A stretch of 45,885 nt of DNA from NCBI GenBank assembly GCA_021146325.1, contig GCA_021146325.1_4321.1; one strand, 5' to 3'. The translations under genes and the position numbers were made by a program. This document shows positions 1 to 10,514 of this stretch, one piece after another (positions within the stretch are counted from its first letter, which is position 1; the number at the start of each line of letters is the position of its first letter). Under the pieces are notes generated by a model. It had not been told where the DNA came from. It made no database searches and worked only from the letters and a program-made list of their open reading frames with translations. This DNA comes from a phage.

Positions 1-64
1 CGTTGTAGAGTTCGATAACCAAAGAGACGCTTTAATATTTACCAACTCAAGGATGGCGCTTCAA

Positions 65-97
65 TAAAAAAAGCCCCGAAAGGGGCTTTATCTTTTA
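65..97 (-). terminator. rho-independent terminator downstream of ssb (hairpin AGCCCC-GAAA-GGGGCT with flanking A/T runs; may work on both strands)
   Basis: GC hairpin 72..87 followed on the minus strand by TTTTTTTATT. Confidence 0.6.
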
Positions 98-517
<420 letters not shown>

Positions 518-537
518 TTTATTTCTCTCTTAATGCT

Positions 538-557
538 GTGGCCGAAGCCCCGTTAAA
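538..557 (-). other. conserved 16-mer GCCGAAGCCCCGTTAA with weak UUCG-loop hairpin upstream of the ssb start
   Basis: identical 16-mer also at 10881..10896. Confidence 0.4.
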
Positions 558-1250
558 TTAGAATGTATCGATTTCTTGAGATTGTACTTCAACTTTTTCT
601 TCTTGAGCGGGCTTTTGTGCAACCTGCTTAGGTTTTGCTGGGTTAAAGCCGCTAGTTGCATTGGCCTGAATCTCTGCCTTGCGCTCGATAATGTGAGGCT
701 CAAGCACTAACCAGCCGGCTGAATCAAGTGACTGCTTCGCCTCTTTGTAAACATCACGGAGGTCATCAAGAGTACTGCACTTAGCCAAGTCTTTCTTGAA
801 TGAGTTGATGCCTTTAACTGCTAACTGACCATCATCATCTGCCTGGCTTAAACCTAACGCCGCTGTGATTGCGTAACGGCGAGCGTATGTAAGTGATGAC
901 CCATAACCTTGAGCATCTTGCTTACTGATTGGGACTATGGTCAGGAAACTAACCCACTCTCCAGATTCTGCATGGTAAACTGTTGTTTCAACCTTAATAC
1001 GAGTGCTTACATCATCATCAATCATCGACTGAAACATCACCAGTCCGCTATCAGCCAAGCCTGGCTCTACAGCTGCTAAAACATCATCTAAAGTAGCGTA
1101 CTTGTTCTTGAGGTGCGAGTTCTGCTTTGACTTTTCAGCCTTTGCAAACTTTGATTTAGCCTCGAATAACGCCTTCAATACTTGCTTGTTTTGCTCAGAA
1201 GTTTTCATTCCCCATCTCTCTTTCGTTTCGATGGGGTAATGATACCCCAC
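558..1250 (-). CDS. ERF-family single-strand annealing protein (recombinase)
   Basis: motif GYGSSLTYARRYAITAALGL resembles the P22 Erf core; true start is probably ATG at 1208 (MKTSEQ) because the -10 element of the upstream promoter cassette lies inside 1209..1250. Confidence 0.7.
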   Translation of the reverse strand: MGYHYPIETKERWGMKTSEQNKQVLKALFEAKSKFAKAEKSKQNSHLKNKYATLDDVLAAVEPGLADSGLVMFQSMIDDDVSTRIKVETTVYHAESGEWVSFLTIVPISKQDAQGYGSSLTYARRYAITAALGLSQADDDGQLAVKGINSFKKDLAKCSTLDDLRDVYKEAKQSLDSAGWLVLEPHIIERKAEIQANATSGFNPAKPKQVAQKPAQEEKVEVQSQEIDTF

Positions 1251-1284
1251 CTGTTAATTTTGTCTTTAGCAATTAGTGCTATTT
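1239..1284 (-). promoter_or_regulatory. promoter cassette copy (IR TAGCACTAATTGCTA, 22 bp, TATCAT, CATCGAAACGAAAGAGAG leader) driving the ERF gene
   Basis: IR core 1267..1281; TAG of the motif is the stop codon of the exonuclease gene. Confidence 0.6.
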
Positions 1285-2250
1285 TAGAAGTTCTTGATAC
1301 TGCTTACTTACCCACTCAGGAATCATCAAATCTTGCTCTGTAATTCCATTACTGTATCCAGGCCACTCATCAAGTTCCTTGCACTGCTTGTAAACAGCCA
1401 GAGCCTCTAAATATTGTAAGCGCCCAATGCGAAGCTGCTCATCTGTAAGTGTGTAGCACATAGGTAAGTAGGGCTCTGTTTTCTCCTGAGCCAGAAGTCG
1501 AACCACAACCTTACGCTTTTCGTTGAATGCTTTAACAAACAAATCGCGCTGAAGTGCCATCTTACACAGGTAACCATGGTCATAAGCTGACTTACCAAAT
1601 CCTCTAGGGCTTGCGTCTGCTGTTGTTTTATAGTCAGTAATGTAAACCACTCCATTAACAACATCCACGTGGTCAAGCCGAACCTTAACGCCGCAGCCGA
1701 GAATCTCACCAAAGATTGACAGCTCTTTCTGTGCTATTGGTGAATTAATTACCGCATCGTAAGCCGGAATATTGGTCAGAACTTCTCGCATTGCGATTAC
1801 CTTGTCGTAATCTTTAGCACTAACCAGCTCCTTGCCACTAATTAACGCCTCAGCGCTCTCCTGCTGCTCAATTAACCATTTAACCGGCCAATCCTCGCCA
1901 GACTTATACATCATCTCCACAAGCTCGTTATAACCCTTCCCTGACGTGCCGGAAACGCCAACTTTTTTAAGCGCTGCCGATAAAGCTGTTTGGCTAGTAA
2001 TCAATCCTTCCACTTCGTCAAAGTCAGTAGCTCGCATGTAAGTGGAATCGAACACTTCACGTTCTAGCATCATCGTATGTCCCAAAGTGCCAAACTTTAG
2101 TGCTGCACTTGAGTTGCTGCGCTGCTTAAATTTCCATTTTGCTGGAGAAGTAGCAAGAATCTCAGCCAGCGAAGAGCCAGAGATATGGTCTTTCTCTTCG
2201 TGATAGGATTCATTTGTTAGCTCGTCGTTCGTATAAACTTTAAATGTCAT
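1279..2250 (-). CDS. PD-(D/E)XK family exonuclease (RecB/Cas4-like), recombination partner of ERF
   Basis: 323-aa ORF with VYITDYKTT D-x-K nuclease motif; sits in the exo-SSAP-SSB module. Confidence 0.65.
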   Translation of the reverse strand: MTFKVYTNDELTNESYHEEKDHISGSSLAEILATSPAKWKFKQRSNSSAALKFGTLGHTMMLEREVFDSTYMRATDFDEVEGLITSQTALSAALKKVGVSGTSGKGYNELVEMMYKSGEDWPVKWLIEQQESAEALISGKELVSAKDYDKVIAMREVLTNIPAYDAVINSPIAQKELSIFGEILGCGVKVRLDHVDVVNGVVYITDYKTTADASPRGFGKSAYDHGYLCKMALQRDLFVKAFNEKRKVVVRLLAQEKTEPYLPMCYTLTDEQLRIGRLQYLEALAVYKQCKELDEWPGYSNGITEQDLMIPEWVSKQYQELLK

Positions 2251-2253
2251 GGC

Positions 2254-2448
2254 TCAATCCTTAATTTTAACAATCTTAACAGCTTTCAAATCTTCCTCAG
2301 TGAAATATCCGGTCAGAATAGATTTTGCCTCTTTCTTGCTATCGAATCGGTCCGCTTCAGATTTGTGAACTGTATATCCAGCGGGGCCACCAAAGTAGCA
2401 ATCGCCGAACAGTGCGTTGTTTTTCTCTTTAATAATGAAGTATGGCAT
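2254..2448 (-). CDS. hypothetical protein
   Basis: 64-aa ORF; GAGAGA-rich leader upstream. Confidence 0.45.
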   Translation of the reverse strand: MPYFIIKEKNNALFGDCYFGGPAGYTVHKSEADRFDSKKEAKSILTGYFTEEDLKAVKIVKIKD

Positions 2449-2584
2449 TTCTCTATCTCTCTATTGTTGCGTGCTTTCGATTAGTTAATGATGCCGTACG
2501 CACAACGCATAGTCCAATTGGTATCACCTATTAATTAATCAAGTATACGCGTATAATTTTGTAACTACGTGTAGACATTGGCAT

Positions 2585-2880
2585 GAGTTACGTTTTTAGC
2601 CACTTAAGCCAAGCTATAGCTCAATGTAAATAGTGAGTATACCGTGTATACCGATTTTAGCGGAGGGTGCATAGGTATAGGTGCTGCGCAATACTGTATA
2701 AAATCACATGGTATAAAAATTATAAGCGGAACACTCAAGAACAGTAGTTACATGATATACAAGATATACATATATAATAATAATAATAAGAGTAAAAGGT
2801 TGATATATATAGATATTATAATGTAACTATGGCGTAAACTGGCGTAACTGGGCGTATACGATTTCCAGCGGATGCATATG
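2585..2880. repeat. AT-rich non-coding element A, homologous to element B at 28650..28935
   Basis: palindrome AGCTATAGCT at 2612..2621, (ATA)n core, near-identical 62-bp block 2766..2827 matching 28815..28879. Confidence 0.8.
2831..2860. repeat. three tandem 10-bp iteron-like repeats GGCGTAAACT / GGCGTAACTG / GGCGTATACG
   Basis: perfectly phased direct repeats read from sequence. Confidence 0.7.
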
Positions 2881-2912
2881 GTATACATGGAGTTACATTG
2901 GTTACGCGTAAA

Positions 2913-2958
2913 CAATAGCACGAATAGCTAAAACTAATACGCAAAACCCTGTATAGTT
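2913..2958 (+). promoter_or_regulatory. promoter cassette copy (IR TAGCACGAATAGCTA, 22 bp, ATAGTT) upstream of the methyltransferase gene
   Basis: IR core 2916..2930. Confidence 0.5.
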
Positions 2959-2989
2959 GGTCACACAAAAAACGAGAGAGGATTTCAAA

Positions 2990-3679
2990 ATGGTTATTTG
3001 GTCTTTATTTGATGGTTCAGGGCTGGCTGTGAAAGATTGGGCTGAGGCTTGTCACGAGTGCTACTGTTTCAACTTTGATGAGTCTGACCACGGTAGTTAC
3101 GGGGATTTAAATGCAAAATTTGAACATGAGAACATCACCTACGTTAATGCCTGGATAGATGGCAACTTCGACTTTGATGTGAAGCCTGATATCATTTTAG
3201 CGTTCCCGCCGTGTACGGATTTAGCCGTGAGCGGGTCAAGGCACTTTGAGCGAAAGCGACTGGTTAACCATAACTTCCAGATTGAAGCTGCGGAAACATG
3301 TAAAGTTGCTTTTAACTTGGCTAATAAGTACGAAGTCACATACATGATTGAGAATCCAATCAGCGTACTGTCATCACTCTGGAGAAAGCCTAATAAGACT
3401 TTCCACCCATATGAATACGGAGGCTATTTGCCGGAAGATGATTTACACCCGTTTTTTAGCGACCTAATAAAGCCAAAAGACGCATATCCCAAGAAGACAT
3501 GCATTTGGTATGGCAATGGGTTTAAATGGCCAGAGGCGATTCCTGTGGACGTTAACGATGGATTCTCTGACCAATACAAGAAGCTTGGTGGGAAGAGTAA
3601 GAAGACAAAGGTAATTCGCAGTCTAACTCCTCGCGGTTTTGCAAAAGCAGTCTTCATAGCAAATAGCACGAATAGATAA
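2990..3679 (+). CDS. DNA (cytosine-5) methyltransferase, short orphan type
   Basis: motif I LFDGSG, motif IV FPPCTDLAVSG, motif VI-like ENP, C-terminal LTPRGFAKA; ATG at 2990 has RBS GAGAGG (the ORF track began at TTG 2957). Confidence 0.7.
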   Translation: MVIWSLFDGSGLAVKDWAEACHECYCFNFDESDHGSYGDLNAKFEHENITYVNAWIDGNFDFDVKPDIILAFPPCTDLAVSGSRHFERKRLVNHNFQIEAAETCKVAFNLANKYEVTYMIENPISVLSSLWRKPNKTFHPYEYGGYLPEDDLHPFFSDLIKPKDAYPKKTCIWYGNGFKWPEAIPVDVNDGFSDQYKKLGGKSKKTKVIRSLTPRGFAKAVFIANSTNR

Positions 3680-3706
3680 AGACAAATCCCAAGGATGAGA
3701 TATCAT
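3661..3706 (+). promoter_or_regulatory. promoter cassette copy (IR TAGCACGAATAGATA, 22 bp, TATCAT, CATTGAAACGAAA) overlapping the methyltransferase 3' end
   Basis: IR core 3664..3678; motif supplies codons NSTNR and the stop. Confidence 0.6.
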
Positions 3707-3717
3707 TACTCCATTGA

Positions 3718-3977
<260 letters not shown>

Positions 3978-3978
<1 letters not shown>

Positions 3979-4913
3979 TGGCTCAGGGTATCTATATAGA
4001 CCTTAATGACGGAAGGAATCCAATGACAATTACCTCAGGGATGAGGGCGTTAAGCTTCGCTGGAAACTTTAACGTTAATAGTGGTGGCTTTAGTAAGACA
4101 TTCTCAATTAAGGGAAATGAAGGTGCATCACGTTTTTTAATTCCTAATAATGGTGCCTTCAGCTTCGAGCTTGACAGGGGTGTTGAGCTTTATTATATAA
4201 GTGGATTTTCATCAACACCTACATCTGGGACAATCTCAATAGGTTCAGTGAATGGATATTCTGACAGGGTCACGTCATTTTCAGGGACTGTTGTTGAGGT
4301 CTTGAGGGCATCAAGCGGCCATGGCATATACGTTGCTGATAGTAGTGATTTTGCATCAATAACAACTGCTGACAGGTTGCTAGTATGCAAGTACTCTAAA
4401 AGGGTAACTTTTACAGGTTCATTCAATCTCCCTATTTATGGAATACCGTTCGGTAAGTGGGATAATGGTGGAGTTTCAGTTGAGTACAACGGAAGCAACC
4501 AGCTTATTTGCACAAACATAAACACAGTAAATACTGGGAACACTCCTGGAACTGTTACACTTGACTTGCTAATATTTCAGTTGGTTACACCAACGCCTGG
4601 GCCTGGCATAAACATTTTCAACTCTAACAATGTTTGCACATTCTCAACATTGACAAGACCATTGGTTGTGTCTGGATTTATAAGTCTGTCAGGAAGCAAT
4701 CAATACATAGGTAGTTCATACTTCCCAATACTTAGATGTGGGTTTAACACAAGGGCGATACGTGCTTACAAGGAGTTGCGAAATAAGGGAATTGTTATGT
4801 CCGGTGGATACGTTAGATCTGGTACTGGATCAAGGATTTTGAGATACGTTATTGGTAATAGACCAGATGTAACCATATCAACTCCATTGCCATACTTGCC
4901 TGATATGTATTAA
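3978..4913 (+). CDS. hypothetical Gly/Ser/Thr-rich protein of unknown function
   Basis: 312-aa ORF from ATG 3978 (RBS AAGGAG); opposite strand to the tail module. Confidence 0.55.
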
Positions 4914-4915
4914 AG

Positions 4916-4941
4916 ATAAAGCCCCTTTCGGGGCTTTTATG
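4916..4941. terminator. bidirectional rho-independent terminator (GCCCC-TTTC-GGGGC)
   Basis: hairpin 4921..4934 with T-run on plus and A-run upstream; between convergent genes. Confidence 0.7.
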
Positions 4942-7900
4942 TTAGAACGTTCCTACAATTACTTTTCCTCCATTAGGTAGGTTAACTGTGATTCCGTTTC
5001 CGTTAATCTGAACCGTATTGTTAGTTCCGTTAAATGCAAAGTTACCACTATCTGCGTAAAGCCTTCCATGAATTTCTGCATTACCAGACTTCTCAATCCT
5101 CCACCCAGCACTTCCTTGAACAAAGTTGTTTGATTGAATCGAGTTACCAATCTTCGCGTTAGTGATTGAACCATCCTGAATCACTGCGCTTTGAATGAAT
5201 ACCTGATTACCTTCAACTACGAAAGGCAATGACCACTGACCGGATCCAGAGCTAATGCCGTTACTGATTGCTAACCTGTTAGCATCAAAGATGACCTGAC
5301 TACGAACATTGCCATCAGAACCAGTTAGCTCCATACTCATGCCAGAACTGTACTCAACGCCATTGTATTTGAGGCCAAGTTTAATCCCGTACTGAGCACC
5401 AATTGAATCGGCAGTAACGTAAGTGTCCAACTTCTCATTTAACGCAGCCTCATTATCACCTAGCCTTGCAGATAAAGCAGTGTCCGCAGTGGTCCTTGCT
5501 TGCGTCTCTTCCGCTAGCGCCGTATCAATCCTTGTCAATGAAGCTACAATCTCGTCATCAATCTGCGCCTTAAGCTGCGTCAGAGCCTCTACGCGAGCCC
5601 TTTCTTCATCGGCGATAAGATTCACAGCCTGAACAAATTCGGCCCTCCTCTTGCCGTTTTCCTTCGTCATTCTACGCACGTCACCATCATTAGCCAGGGC
5701 GTTCTCAATTATTGATTCCGCTTGCGCCTGAATAGCTCCGTTTGACTCAATGGCATTCTGTTGGAGATACTTGAACCCATCTGAGTTTTCTATATCAACC
5801 TTAATATCACCAATGATTGACGACACATCATCGCTTGCCATACCCCTTACAAAATCAGTCCATGGTGAGACGTTACCAATCTTGTCAATCAGTCGCGCCC
5901 TGTACCAGATGACCTTTCCAGCAGGAAGTGTAGTATGCCAGTACTCGTAACTCGGGTAAGGCACCAGAGTCAGAAGGCTAGCATTCTCTGGTGTATAAGT
6001 ACCATCACCATTGTCGGCTACTTGCTGCAATTCAGTGTATGACGTATCGGCTGAGTTTTCAGGAAATCCCCACTTAACCCTAATGCCGAATATTTCATCA
6101 TCTGAAGCGGTGATTACTGTAGGTGAAGAGGGGGTCCCAATCTTGCCTGTGAGGCTTACTGAAACAATGTCAGACCATGCGGATACGTTTTCAGTATCAG
6201 AAACGGCCCTTACGCGAACCTGGTAAATTCCGGCATAGATACCTTCAATATCAACCTCTGTGCTTGCTGTGCGCGGCACGTTAATCCAGTTTCCGTTCTC
6301 CTTGCGCCACTGGACCGTGTAGGTTTTCGCGTACTGAACCTTGTCCCACGTGATTACCATTGTCTCAACTGATAAACCCTGAACAACCTTACTGTAACTG
6401 CTAACCTGAACATTCTCGGGTGCCAGTAATGTATCTGGCTCCACGATTGAAGTTGGCCTGTCCTGAATGTTTACGCCGTAATCAATCTCGTCGTATTTGT
6501 TCGGGTCGTACTCAACTGCGGTAATCGTGTAACCAAACGCATCATCTCCATCGCTGTCTGCTTTTTGAATACCGGTCACAACATATTGCTGAAGAGCAAG
6601 ATTTTCCTTATCAATCGCAAATACTGTGTCAGGCTGAGGAGTAAAGCTAAACGCTGTATTAAGTTGCAGCGTCATACCATCTTCAGATACAGATGCAATG
6701 GTCCTGTACTCTGGCATTCCATCAGGCTTGTTTATTAGAATCCTGTCGCCAGCAGTAGCATCAATCTTAAATGGCACAAAAACTTGCAACCCACTTACTG
6801 ACTCGATACGACCAGAAAGGTTAAGGGTGTAGTTGCTAGACCATGCCTGGTCATTAACTGCAATAACCTCACCAATCATTGGAATCATACCTTCCAGACC
6901 AGTAGTGAAACTAATAGTCTCGCTGCGAATGTTCGTCTTTAATAACCAGCGCCCGCGGCGGTTTGCCTCACTCCTGCGAGTACATCCAATAGCTGTAAGG
7001 TCGACCGGGTTGTAACCAAAACGCCTTGTTGCCTCTAACTCGAATACTTGCTCAACATCCTGTTGGTATGAGTTTTCAGCGTCATCAAACTGAACGTTGG
7101 CAACCGTGTAAAGTGACTTATCGCTACCAAATGTACGGTTGAACAATCCATCAACAACGTTGTCATTGGTGAATACGTACGATGGTTGACGCGGCTTATC
7201 GACAACAATCCCTATCTGCTCGCCGTCATAGAATGTCAGCCCACGGAAGATAGAGCAAATATCACGGATTAACTGATATGCTTCAACTTTCTGCTGAATG
7301 ACAACATCACACAGGTAGCGCGGCTCAACTCCACCCTTACCATCTGGAACCATCTGGTCACAGAATTGCGCCGCCTCATACAGACCCCACTTATCAATAG
7401 TAATGCCAAGCTCTCGCTGGTCAAGTCCGTAACGCTTATTCGTCACCAAGTCGTAAAGAACCCACGCCGGGTTATTGGAATACGCCATCTTAAAGGTGCC
7501 GTTCCAGGTTCCGCTGTAAGTCCTTGTCTCTGGGTTGTAGTTAGTTGGAACGCGAATCAACTTCCACTTCTTCTTGATTGAAATCGTCGGGATTCCGTTA
7601 GGGAAGAGGTCAGAACTGAACTCAACGTAAACCAGCGCTGTAAGTGGGTAGCGGAATTTAGCATCAATTACTTCCTGATAGGTCGTAATTTGCATGTCGT
7701 TAACCAGCGTCGAACTTTCTGAATCTGCCGTGATCTTACGAACCCTCACCAACGCACTCGAGAACTCAGCAGGAAGGTTAACCCTGATACTTCTGTCGTA
7801 CCCGCTAGTTGTCTTGCCATTAACTACTCCGCGCGTGTACTCAGTGTATGTAGCGCCATCAACGGACAGGTCAATCGCATACTCGCAAGTGGTACCGTTA

Positions 7901-8352
7901 AGATCTCCGTTACTTTCCTGATTAATCAGACGAGGCCAAAACAGCTTAACCCTAATCGCTGATAGCTGGGTGTTATTAACAGCAATGATGTAAGGAGTTG
8001 AGTTTTTAATCTCCCTGTTCACTTGCACTTCCGAGTTAGCACCCTCTAGCCCGGCAATGTAATCCTGACTCTGTGTGCCAGGGCGAAACTCTGCCGTTAC
8101 ACCCTCGTAGTTGTATGTGCCATTCTGGTTCTGTACAGGAACGTCAGCAAGGTAAAGGTCCTTTAGGGAGAATGAGCTATCAACCTCACCATCAGAAACA
8201 GCTAGCAAAACCTTAACCTTGTTTACTGATATCAGGTTATCAGGCTGCTCTACAGGTTGGTGCGGCTTTGGCTGTCCGCCCTTACTTCCATAAATCTTAA
8301 TTTCTTCCGCCATATCACATAGCTCCGCATTTGTTTTGACCATTTGTGCCAT
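4942..8352 (-). CDS. host specificity protein J-like central tail fiber
   Basis: 1136-aa ORF at the lambda J position after I/K/L/M; size and fibronectin-like C-terminal region. Confidence 0.85.
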   Translation of the reverse strand: MAQMVKTNAELCDMAEEIKIYGSKGGQPKPHQPVEQPDNLISVNKVKVLLAVSDGEVDSSFSLKDLYLADVPVQNQNGTYNYEGVTAEFRPGTQSQDYIAGLEGANSEVQVNREIKNSTPYIIAVNNTQLSAIRVKLFWPRLINQESNGDLNGTTCEYAIDLSVDGATYTEYTRGVVNGKTTSGYDRSIRVNLPAEFSSALVRVRKITADSESSTLVNDMQITTYQEVIDAKFRYPLTALVYVEFSSDLFPNGIPTISIKKKWKLIRVPTNYNPETRTYSGTWNGTFKMAYSNNPAWVLYDLVTNKRYGLDQRELGITIDKWGLYEAAQFCDQMVPDGKGGVEPRYLCDVVIQQKVEAYQLIRDICSIFRGLTFYDGEQIGIVVDKPRQPSYVFTNDNVVDGLFNRTFGSDKSLYTVANVQFDDAENSYQQDVEQVFELEATRRFGYNPVDLTAIGCTRRSEANRRGRWLLKTNIRSETISFTTGLEGMIPMIGEVIAVNDQAWSSNYTLNLSGRIESVSGLQVFVPFKIDATAGDRILINKPDGMPEYRTIASVSEDGMTLQLNTAFSFTPQPDTVFAIDKENLALQQYVVTGIQKADSDGDDAFGYTITAVEYDPNKYDEIDYGVNIQDRPTSIVEPDTLLAPENVQVSSYSKVVQGLSVETMVITWDKVQYAKTYTVQWRKENGNWINVPRTASTEVDIEGIYAGIYQVRVRAVSDTENVSAWSDIVSVSLTGKIGTPSSPTVITASDDEIFGIRVKWGFPENSADTSYTELQQVADNGDGTYTPENASLLTLVPYPSYEYWHTTLPAGKVIWYRARLIDKIGNVSPWTDFVRGMASDDVSSIIGDIKVDIENSDGFKYLQQNAIESNGAIQAQAESIIENALANDGDVRRMTKENGKRRAEFVQAVNLIADEERARVEALTQLKAQIDDEIVASLTRIDTALAEETQARTTADTALSARLGDNEAALNEKLDTYVTADSIGAQYGIKLGLKYNGVEYSSGMSMELTGSDGNVRSQVIFDANRLAISNGISSGSGQWSLPFVVEGNQVFIQSAVIQDGSITNAKIGNSIQSNNFVQGSAGWRIEKSGNAEIHGRLYADSGNFAFNGTNNTVQINGNGITVNLPNGGKVIVGTF

Positions 8353-8360
8353 TCTACACT

Positions 8361-8386
8361 AAATAAAAAACCCGCACTAGGCGGGT
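8361..8386 (-). terminator. rho-independent terminator (CCCGC-N5-GCGGG then T-run on minus)
   Basis: hairpin 8371..8385. Confidence 0.5.
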
Positions 8387-8392
8387 CTTAAT

Positions 8393-8968
8393 TTAAGCGA
8401 TATCTTCTGAGTAACTCCCAGCACTAAATACAGAGCCGCCAACACTTCGATAACCGTATGGCAAACATATTGGGTATCCAGCAGCTACAGTGTTAACAGC
8501 CGACCCGAATGCGTATGAAGCCCTGTTTTGCGCAGACTCCTGCGTCTTTAATCCAGTTGCTTGTGGGGAAAGTAACTGAGCTACACCGCCAGCAGCTAGT
8601 GAGATACCAGCACCAAGAACAGCGGTTGCAATACCACCAGTAAGGAAGAAGCTAGCACCAATGAGCGCCGCACCTAGTACTGTCTGGAATAACCCTCCGC
8701 TTTTTCTTCCTTGAGGTATTGGCATAATACGAATCTCACCAACTGCCTTAAAATCCTTGATACGATGTTCATTAAGGTTCTTCCCGTCAGCAAATATTGC
8801 GAACCTAGTCCTTTGTCCAGCATGGCTTTGCATGAACTCTTTAAATGCTGGAATGTTTACCGATAATGCTCGAAGTGCTTCCGGTACAGACTCCACGCAC
8901 AACTCATGGACTTTCCCGTACCTTCTGCCAAGTGACAAGCCCAGCTTAACCTTAATCAGTCTCTGCAT
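8393..8968 (-). CDS. tail assembly protein I-like
   Basis: position after K; Gly/Ala-rich hydrophobic C-terminal half; likely start MQRLIKV at 8968. Confidence 0.65.
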   Translation of the reverse strand: MQRLIKVKLGLSLGRRYGKVHELCVESVPEALRALSVNIPAFKEFMQSHAGQRTRFAIFADGKNLNEHRIKDFKAVGEIRIMPIPQGRKSGGLFQTVLGAALIGASFFLTGGIATAVLGAGISLAAGGVAQLLSPQATGLKTQESAQNRASYAFGSAVNTVAAGYPICLPYGYRSVGGSVFSAGSYSEDIA

Positions 8969-9710
8969 TGTAATTTGCTCCTTCTGGTAAATCTTTGTGG
9001 CGAACGATTCGAACGGTACGCTCACGCCAGTAATCACTATAGGTATCCACTTTACTCATCTTGCCGTAAAGATGGTGCAAGAACTTATTGTCTCCAATGT
9101 AGATTCCTGCGTGGTTTGTGGCCTCACTTTGAATCTGCATCATAATCATGGAGCCAACTGGAATATCATCAGTTTCGACTAGCTCAAATCCTTCCTTAAT
9201 CCAGTTGTCATCATAGATATTTTCTCCATACTCCTTGTTCCACCATGGGTAATTAACGCGGTAGTCAGCCAGTTTGACGCCGTGCTTTGCGTGGAATGAC
9301 ATTATCAATCCCCAGCAATCGAAGCTACCCAAACCCCACGGTCTTCCTGCTAGCGGCATATCAACTGGTTCAAGGATTCGCAGATCTCCTTCCGGGTAAC
9401 TAACGATGACATATGGAATCTCGCACTCATTGCAACTGCATATGTCTGCCGGGCTAGGCCTTGTAGTTGCACCATCTCCAGTGTGTGAGTGAACTACGTA
9501 AACAATTGACTCGCTGTAGCCAAGATTAAAGACAATATTCATGTACTCACTGGCGTCAAGAATGAACTCATTTTCAGGGTCTTTCGATGCGTTGGTGATT
9601 CTATGGTATTTTTGTGCCATGCCTTTTTGGGTGACTACGCCGCAGCACTCGTTTGGGTAATCCTCTTTTGCGTGGCGCATGATTTCTAGTTTAACTTTTG
9701 GTGTAAGCAT
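8952..9710 (-). CDS. tail tip protein K-like (JAB/MPN plus NlpC/P60 domains)
   Basis: H-x-H metal motif VVHSHTGDG and downstream Cys/His; likely start MLTPKV at 9710. Confidence 0.75.
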   Translation of the reverse strand: MLTPKVKLEIMRHAKEDYPNECCGVVTQKGMAQKYHRITNASKDPENEFILDASEYMNIVFNLGYSESIVYVVHSHTGDGATTRPSPADICSCNECEIPYVIVSYPEGDLRILEPVDMPLAGRPWGLGSFDCWGLIMSFHAKHGVKLADYRVNYPWWNKEYGENIYDDNWIKEGFELVETDDIPVGSMIMMQIQSEATNHAGIYIGDNKFLHHLYGKMSKVDTYSDYWRERTVRIVRHKDLPEGANYNAETD

Positions 9711-9720
9711 TTTAGACTCC

Positions 9721-10476
9721 TTAGTTCTGGTTATTCTTGGCTTGCAAGCTAGCAGAGGCACAACCTCCAAATGATAGCTGGTTGTTTTCACCAAACCTTA
9801 ACTTACATGCATCAACAGTTCCGGCGCAGAAATCCAGGCCAGGGTCATCAACCGGATTATTGTCTTTATCAAAGTATCGATTCCCGGCATAATCACAACC
9901 GTTACCACTACGATACCAGCCACGGGAAGCGAAGTAGCATACTGACTGGACTAACCTCGCTGGAATATAAATGCCATCCATATCAATTGGGCTAGATAAC
10001 TCAAAAGAGGCAGTTTTGTAGTCAACCTGCTTTGGACGCTCAATAAAGTAAACCATCTTACGATAATCACCATCTGCAATGCTGCCGTCCTCATTGATAT
10101 TATCCCTGATAGTAACCCAAATTGTCACCTTAGCCTGAACCATGCCATTATACTGACGTATTAGCGCGGAAACAGCCTGGTCTACGTTTGATAAAATTAG
10201 CGTGAGCTTGTTTGCTTTGCCGTCAGAAGTAAGATTAATGCCGCTAATACCGAAAGGCCTGGCTCCATACTCTTCTCCACGGAAAGTGATTGTCTTGGAT
10301 GGTAGTGGCTGGCCGGACGCTTGGGCTTGCATGATTTCTTCAGGCGTGTATGAGATGCTCTCCCCATGAAACCTGTAAACACTTGCCCCGAATTTACTTC
10401 CGTCAACCTCAATAAGCGTAACCACTTCACCAGGAAAAAGTGATTGAAGCTGGTTTTCAAACTTTAAACTTGCCAT
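9721..10476 (-). CDS. minor tail protein L-like
   Basis: 251-aa ORF with C-terminal Cys cluster, between M and K. Confidence 0.75.
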   Translation of the reverse strand: MASLKFENQLQSLFPGEVVTLIEVDGSKFGASVYRFHGESISYTPEEIMQAQASGQPLPSKTITFRGEEYGARPFGISGINLTSDGKANKLTLILSNVDQAVSALIRQYNGMVQAKVTIWVTIRDNINEDGSIADGDYRKMVYFIERPKQVDYKTASFELSSPIDMDGIYIPARLVQSVCYFASRGWYRSGNGCDYAGNRYFDKDNNPVDDPGLDFCAGTVDACKLRFGENNQLSFGGCASASLQAKNNQN

Positions 10477-10514
10477 ATTCTCTCCAATAAAAAAGGCCCT
10501 CTATGGGCCTTAGT

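Noticed and set aside
2644-2826. 60-aa plus-strand ORF inside AT-rich element A (and the similar 28776..29018 ORF in element B)
   Set aside because: Low-complexity translation of the (ATA)n region (YIYNNNNK or runs of Y); no RBS; the DNA is better explained as a non-coding repeat.
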